DNA of 18,683 nucleotides from a virus (Duplodnaviria; Heunggongvirae; Uroviricota; Caudoviricetes): IMG/VR virus record IMGVR_UViG_2703718816_000002, positions 1 to 18,683 of that record; one strand, 5' to 3'. Shown piece by piece: positions 15,136 to 18,683 of this stretch (position 1 is its first letter; each line of letters starts with the position of its first letter). The notes under the pieces were generated by a model. It saw only the letters and a program-made list of their open reading frames with translations, ran no database searches and was not told where the DNA came from. The position numbers and the translations under genes were made by a program.

Positions 15136-15144
15136 GGGGGGGGG
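15136..15144. repeat. homopolymeric G9 tract upstream of the AraC-family regulator gene
   Basis: Nine consecutive G (GGTGGGGGGGGGAGA), about 55 bp upstream of a TATAAT hexamer (15198-15203) and about 95 bp upstream of the regulator start codon. Confidence 0.9.
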
Positions 15145-15238
15145 AGACACCTGTCAGTCCTTTGCTTATGTGTTGATGATAATTTACCTTTTGGGGCTAT
15201 AATTGAGCTAACCAATTGCTAATGAAAGTAAAATTATA

Positions 15239-15952
15239 ATGGCTGTTGTCTGTTCAGTTATCATGGTTTGCTCCCCAATTAATATTTTTCTTGAAAAGGA
15301 TACGTTGTCACTTAAGCCAGGCTCAGTCGTTCTGGCCACCAAATGCATCAGGGAGCTTTTCCTTATGCATTATGGCAAAGTTAAAATTGTCGATATAAGC
15401 GAATCCGTCGTAAGTCAATATCTGGAAAGTCAGCATAAGCTGACGAGGACTCGTCTGACTGACATTCCGCTTTACCTGTTGCTGGAACCCAACAATCCTG
15501 CGTTGGCTGCGGCTTTAATTACCAGCCAGGGATTTTCCGGAGAGGCCACGGATATGTTTCTTATGATGGCCTGCCTGTCTCTGTTTGAAACAGATGAACG
15601 GATGTCATTGTTTTTAAGTGGATGTTTATCCAGCATAAGTGTCAAAGTCAGGGCGATAATTCAGACAGATATATCAGCAAGCTGGACGCTTGGTGCGATT
15701 GCTCTACAGTTGCATATGAGTGAGAGTTTGTTAAAGACAAAACTGAAAAATGAAGGGGGCATGTTCAGTCGCTTGTTGCTGGAAGAGCGGATGCGTGTTG
15801 CTGTAAATATGTTATGTTCCCGGTATGGATATGGACAGGCTGTAGCAGAAAAATGCGGTTATTCAAGCAGGTCCTACTTTATTTCTGTATTTCACCGCTA
15901 TTATGGCTTCCCGCCAGACAGATATGTATCCAGGCAAGGGCTTGATTATTGA
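15239..15952 (+). CDS. AraC/XylS-family transcriptional regulator (prophage cargo)
   Basis: 237 aa. The C-terminal 100 aa has the two-HTH AraC signature: WTLGAIALQLHMSESLLKTKLK ... GYGQAVAEKCGYSSRSYFISVFHRYYGFPPDRY. AT-rich with no obvious Shine-Dalgarno. Located between the cargo genes and the tRNA cluster. Confidence 0.8.
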   Translation: MAVVCSVIMVCSPINIFLEKDTLSLKPGSVVLATKCIRELFLMHYGKVKIVDISESVVSQYLESQHKLTRTRLTDIPLYLLLEPNNPALAAALITSQGFSGEATDMFLMMACLSLFETDERMSLFLSGCLSSISVKVRAIIQTDISASWTLGAIALQLHMSESLLKTKLKNEGGMFSRLLLEERMRVAVNMLCSRYGYGQAVAEKCGYSSRSYFISVFHRYYGFPPDRYVSRQGLDY

Positions 15953-15980
15953 TTTTCATCTGATTATTATTTTTTGGCTC

Positions 15981-16056
15981 GGCCCTTTAGCTCAGTGGTG
16001 AGAGCGAGCGACTCATAATCGCCAGGTCGCTGGTTCAAATCCAGCAAGGGCCACCA
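15981..16056 (+). tRNA. ileZ: tRNA with CAU anticodon (Ile2 lysidine type, ileZ-like, or Met)
   Basis: Acceptor stem GGCCCTT/AAGGGCC, D-arm TAGCTCAGTGGTGAGAGC, anticodon loop CTCATAA (CAT), T-arm GGTTCAAATCC, encoded CCA. Closely resembles E. coli ileX/ileZ as recalled. Confidence 0.85.
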
Positions 16057-16065
16057 TATCAGATA

Positions 16066-16142
16066 CCGCCATTAGCTCATCGGGACAGAGCGCCAGCCTT
16101 CGAAGCTGGCTGCGCGGGGTTCGGGTCCCCGATGGCGGTCCA
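16066..16142 (+). tRNA. argN: tRNA-Arg (anticodon UCG), argN-like
   Basis: Acceptor CCGCCAT/ATGGCGG, D-arm TAGCTCATCGGGACAGAGC, anticodon stem CCAGC/GCTGG with loop CTTCGAA (TCG), T-arm GGTTCGGGTCC, encoded CCA. Confidence 0.8.
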
Positions 16143-16155
16143 TTATTGGTATTCA

Positions 16156-16232
16156 GCGTTGTTAGCTCAGCCGGACAGAGCAATTGCCTTCTAAGCAATC
16201 GGTCACTGGTCCGAATCCAGTACAACGCGCCA
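16156..16232 (+). tRNA. argO: tRNA-Arg (anticodon UCU, reads rare AGA/AGG), argO-like
   Basis: Acceptor GCGTTGT/ACAACGC, D-arm TAGCTCAGCCGGACAGAGC, anticodon stem ATTGC/GCAAT with loop CTTCTAA (TCT), T-arm GGTCCGAATCC, encoded CCA. Confidence 0.85.
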
Positions 16233-16519
16233 CACCACACTTATCTGCCCTGACTCTCTTTTGCGGGCTTTTTATTACAGGAAAGACACCGGACAGTGAA
16301 ATGTTAAATGCCTCACAATTCAGGCAGTTGACTGTTGCCTGACATGCTGAGCGTTTGTTAAAAAAATCCTGCATGATGAATCCCCCTGAGCGGCGGGGCA
16401 TAATGACAGATGTTTGGTTGCGTATTGTATAGGCAAGTTGCGGATTCTGTCTGGTCATTGCAGAATTCACCGGGAGGCACCCGGCATCATGCTGTATACA
16501 GAGATTAGGCATATATCCA

Positions 16520-16545
16520 GGCTCCTCATCGCAGGAGCCTTTTTA
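16520..16545 (+). terminator. Rho-independent terminator in the tRNA-to-nanS-p intergenic region
   Basis: GGCTCCT catcgc AGGAGCC (7-bp stem) followed by TTTTTA. Confidence 0.65.
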
Positions 16546-16550
16546 CATGC

Positions 16551-16575
16551 AAAAAAAGCCCGAGTGGGTTCGGGC
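16551..16575 (-). terminator. candidate opposite-strand terminator, back to back with the previous one
   Basis: Plus strand AAAAAAA GCCCGA gtgggt TCGGGC; on the minus strand this is a 6-bp GC hairpin followed by seven T. Confidence 0.45.
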
Positions 16576-16636
16576 AACAGCATGAGATACTTGCATTGTC
16601 ATTTTTATCGTGTGGATTTTAACCAGGGTTTATAAG

Positions 16637-16665
16637 GCTGCGCAACTGCGCGGCCTTTTTCGTTT
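16637..16665 (+). terminator. Rho-independent terminator upstream of nanS-p
   Basis: GGCTGCGC aact GCGCGGCC (8-bp stem with one G-U pair) followed by TTTTT CG TTTT. Confidence 0.6.
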
Positions 16666-16754
16666 TGCGGGCTGCGGTTCTCCTCTTTTGATTCTCCGTG
16701 TAGCCGGACCGTGGCCCGCAACTGTTGAGGAAAATCCCGGAAAGGGGAGGAATA

Positions 16755-18683
16755 ATGGCATTTAAACACTATGACGTGGTCAGGGCGGCGTCGCCGTCAG
16801 ACCTTGCTGAACGACTGACTCAAAAACTGAGGGAGGGGTGGCAGCCATTTGGCAGTCCTGTCGCCATCACGCCTTATACCCTGATGCAGGCCATTGCGGC
16901 GGAAGGTGATGTCACCACACCTGTGGTGGTGAGGCCGTCGGATGGAGAAGGCACAGTTATCAGCACCACCAGCGAACCGGAGTATTACTTTGTTGTTGTT
17001 CTGGCGGGGCAGTCAAACGGCATGGCGTATGGTGAAGGTCTTCCGCTGCCGGAGACATATGACCGTCCGGACCTGCGTATTAAGCAGCTGGCGCGCCGCA
17101 GCACGGTGACACCGGGCGGTGATGCCTGTGAATACAATGATGTTATTCAGGCAGACCACTGTCTGCATGATGTGCAGGACATGAGCCGGCTGAATCATCC
17201 GAAAGCGGACCTGTCAAAGGGGCAGTACGGTACCGTGGGGCAGGGACTGCATATCGCCAAAAAACTGCTGCCGTTTATACCGGCGAATGCGGGCATTCTT
17301 CTGGTACCGTGCTGCCGTGGTGCTTCGGCATTCACAACGGGTGCAGACGGTTCATTCAGTGAGGCCAGCGGTGCTTCCGCTGATTCTTCACGCTGGGGAG
17401 TCGGTAAACCTCTGTATCAGGACCTGGTAAGCCGTACCAGAGCGGCGCTGGTGAAGAACCCGAAAAACAAACTTCTGGCTGTGGTATGGATGCAGGGGGA
17501 GGCAGACCTTGCTTCAGGAAGTCAGCAGCATAATGCTTTATTCACTGCCATGGTCCAGCAGTTCAGAACCGACCTGTCTTCGCTTGCTGCGCAGTGCGTA
17601 AGTGGAAATGCTGCCACGGTGCCGTGGATTTGTGGTGATACCACGTATTACTGGAAAAACGCTGGCACCGATAAATATGAGGCGGTATACGGTGGCTACA
17701 AAGGCAAGGACGCACAGAATATTTTCTTTGTGCCGTTCCTGACAGATGAGAATGGACAGAACACGCCAACGAATGCTCCGGCGGAAGACCCCGATATTGT
17801 GGCTGTCGGGTATTACGGTGCAGCATCCCGTACCCAGGGCAGTTTTGTCTCCACACAGCGTGACAGCCATTTCAGCTCATGGGCACGCAGGGGGATTATT
17901 TCTGACCGTCTGGCCTCAGCGATTCTTCTCCATGCAGGACGAACGGCTGAACTGGTGGGGGGACAGGTTGTGACGCCGCCGGATGAGAAGCCGTCACCGG
18001 ACACACCATCAACACCGTCAACGGACGGGAAATCAGTGACAACGCTGCTTTCTTACCGTGCAGCAGAGTCAGATGGTTTACTGACTCCGCAGGGATGGGG
18101 AGCTGAAGGAGGGAGTGCAGCGGTAGTTGATGATGCAGGTGCTGCGGGAGGTAAGGCGCTGAGGCTGACCAAACAGGCAGGAAGGTCTTCGTGGTTTATG
18201 CAGCATGATGCCGGTAATGGCGCAGACCTTCTGGAGAAAGGCGGGCTTATCAGCTGTCGTTTTAAAGTTGATGGTGTGCTGTCTGCTAACCGTTATGCAC
18301 TGGCGCTGTACTGGCCGGTTTCTTCATTGCCTCAGGGTGTCACACTGGAAGGTAATGCCGGTAACAATCTGCTGGCGTCGTTTTACGTACAGAGCGATGC
18401 CACAGACCTCAACGTGATGTACCACAAGGGTAACGCTGACCAGAACACGAAGCTGGGGTCATTCGGCGCATTTGACAACGAATGGCATACGCTGGGCTTC
18501 CGTTTTGCCGGTAATAACAGCATTCAGGTGACGCCGGTGATTGATGGTCAGGATGGTGCACCGTTCATGCTGTCGCAGTCTCCGGTAGGTTCTTTTGCGG
18601 CAGACAAATTACGTGTAACGGATATCACAAAAGCGGCGACGTATACGGTGCTGATTGAAAGTATAACAGTGGAAGTGAATAAC
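16755..18683 (+). CDS. nanS-p: NanS-p-like sialate O-acetylesterase (SGNH/SASA-type), 3' end cut by window edge
   Basis: Absent from the ORF track because it has no in-window stop. ATG at 16755 with GGGGAGG 6 nt upstream; 643 codons open to the window end (frame checked by hand at three places). Contains VVLAGQSNGMAYGEG (GQSN esterase motif) and a Thr/Pro/Ser linker before a C-terminal beta-rich region. Matches the stx-adjacent prophage esterase gene of EHEC phages as recalled. Confidence 0.7.
   Translation, partial: MAFKHYDVVRAASPSDLAERLTQKLREGWQPFGSPVAITPYTLMQAIAAEGDVTTPVVVRPSDGEGTVISTTSEPEYYFVVVLAGQSNGMAYGEGLPLPETYDRPDLRIKQLARRSTVTPGGDACEYNDVIQADHCLHDVQDMSRLNHPKADLSKGQYGTVGQGLHIAKKLLPFIPANAGILLVPCCRGASAFTTGADGSFSEASGASADSSRWGVGKPLYQDLVSRTRAALVKNPKNKLLAVVWMQGEADLASGSQQHNALFTAMVQQFRTDLSSLAAQCVSGNAATVPWICGDTTYYWKNAGTDKYEAVYGGYKGKDAQNIFFVPFLTDENGQNTPTNAPAEDPDIVAVGYYGAASRTQGSFVSTQRDSHFSSWARRGIISDRLASAILLHAGRTAELVGGQVVTPPDEKPSPDTPSTPSTDGKSVTTLLSYRAAESDGLLTPQGWGAEGGSAAVVDDAGAAGGKALRLTKQAGRSSWFMQHDAGNGADLLEKGGLISCRFKVDGVLSANRYALALYWPVSSLPQGVTLEGNAGNNLLASFYVQSDATDLNVMYHKGNADQNTKLGSFGAFDNEWHTLGFRFAGNNSIQVTPVIDGQDGAPFMLSQSPVGSFAADKLRVTDITKAATYTVLIESITVEVNN

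Noticed and set aside
16013-16635. ORFs 16013..16240(-), 16162..16512(-) and 16414..16635(+)
   Set aside because: The first two run antisense across the tRNA genes and the third spans terminator hairpins; no RBS; not coding.
16233-16754. Residual stx coding sequence in the tRNA-to-nanS-p gap
   Set aside because: No ORF or recognisable toxin-gene fragment seen by eye. This is a negative call from inspection only and should be confirmed by alignment.
17013-18417. ORFs 17013..17198(-), 17538..17870(-), 17563..17856(-), 17746..17973(+), 17813..18004(-) and 18205..18417(+)
   Set aside because: All lie within the long open nanS-p frame on other frames or the opposite strand; the GC-rich sequence gives spurious ORFs.

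Overview
This 18.7 kb window reads as the early, immunity, replication, nin and late-regulatory region of a mosaic lambdoid prophage (enterobacterial, E. coli-like). All calls are from reading the sequence and recalling known protein and operator sequences; no database search was run. Minus strand, leftward operon: pL with OL1-OL3 (3969-4031), a P22-type nutL boxB, an N-like antiterminator, an AT-rich 156-aa gene, a terminator, CIII-like and Kil-like small ORFs, RecT and a Gam/Gp157-like gene. Centre: a lambda-type cI (5690-6403), OR3-OR2-OR1, cro, then a P22-type nutR, a diverged cII, and lambda-type O (with ori iterons), P and ren. Right: tR2-like terminator, ninB, a phage Dam-type methyltransferase, ninE, two antirepressor-like genes, ybcO-like, rusA, a possible Q-like gene, a pR-prime/tR-prime-like unit, three tRNAs (Ile2-CAU, Arg-UCG, Arg-UCU) and a 5' partial NanS-p-like esterase running off the window. 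The main candidate for something undescribed is the slot between cI and the tImm-like terminator: where lambda has rexA-rexB there are three unrelated ORFs (113, 144 and 206 aa, the last with a coiled coil and a C-terminal membrane anchor), and the first is bracketed by a duplicated copy of the cI 3' end. A second candidate is a cargo cluster between the tR-prime-like terminator and the tRNAs (polytopic membrane protein, small protein, AraC-family regulator with a G9 tract upstream). The tRNA-to-nanS-p arrangement is that of Stx phages, but no toxin genes are present.
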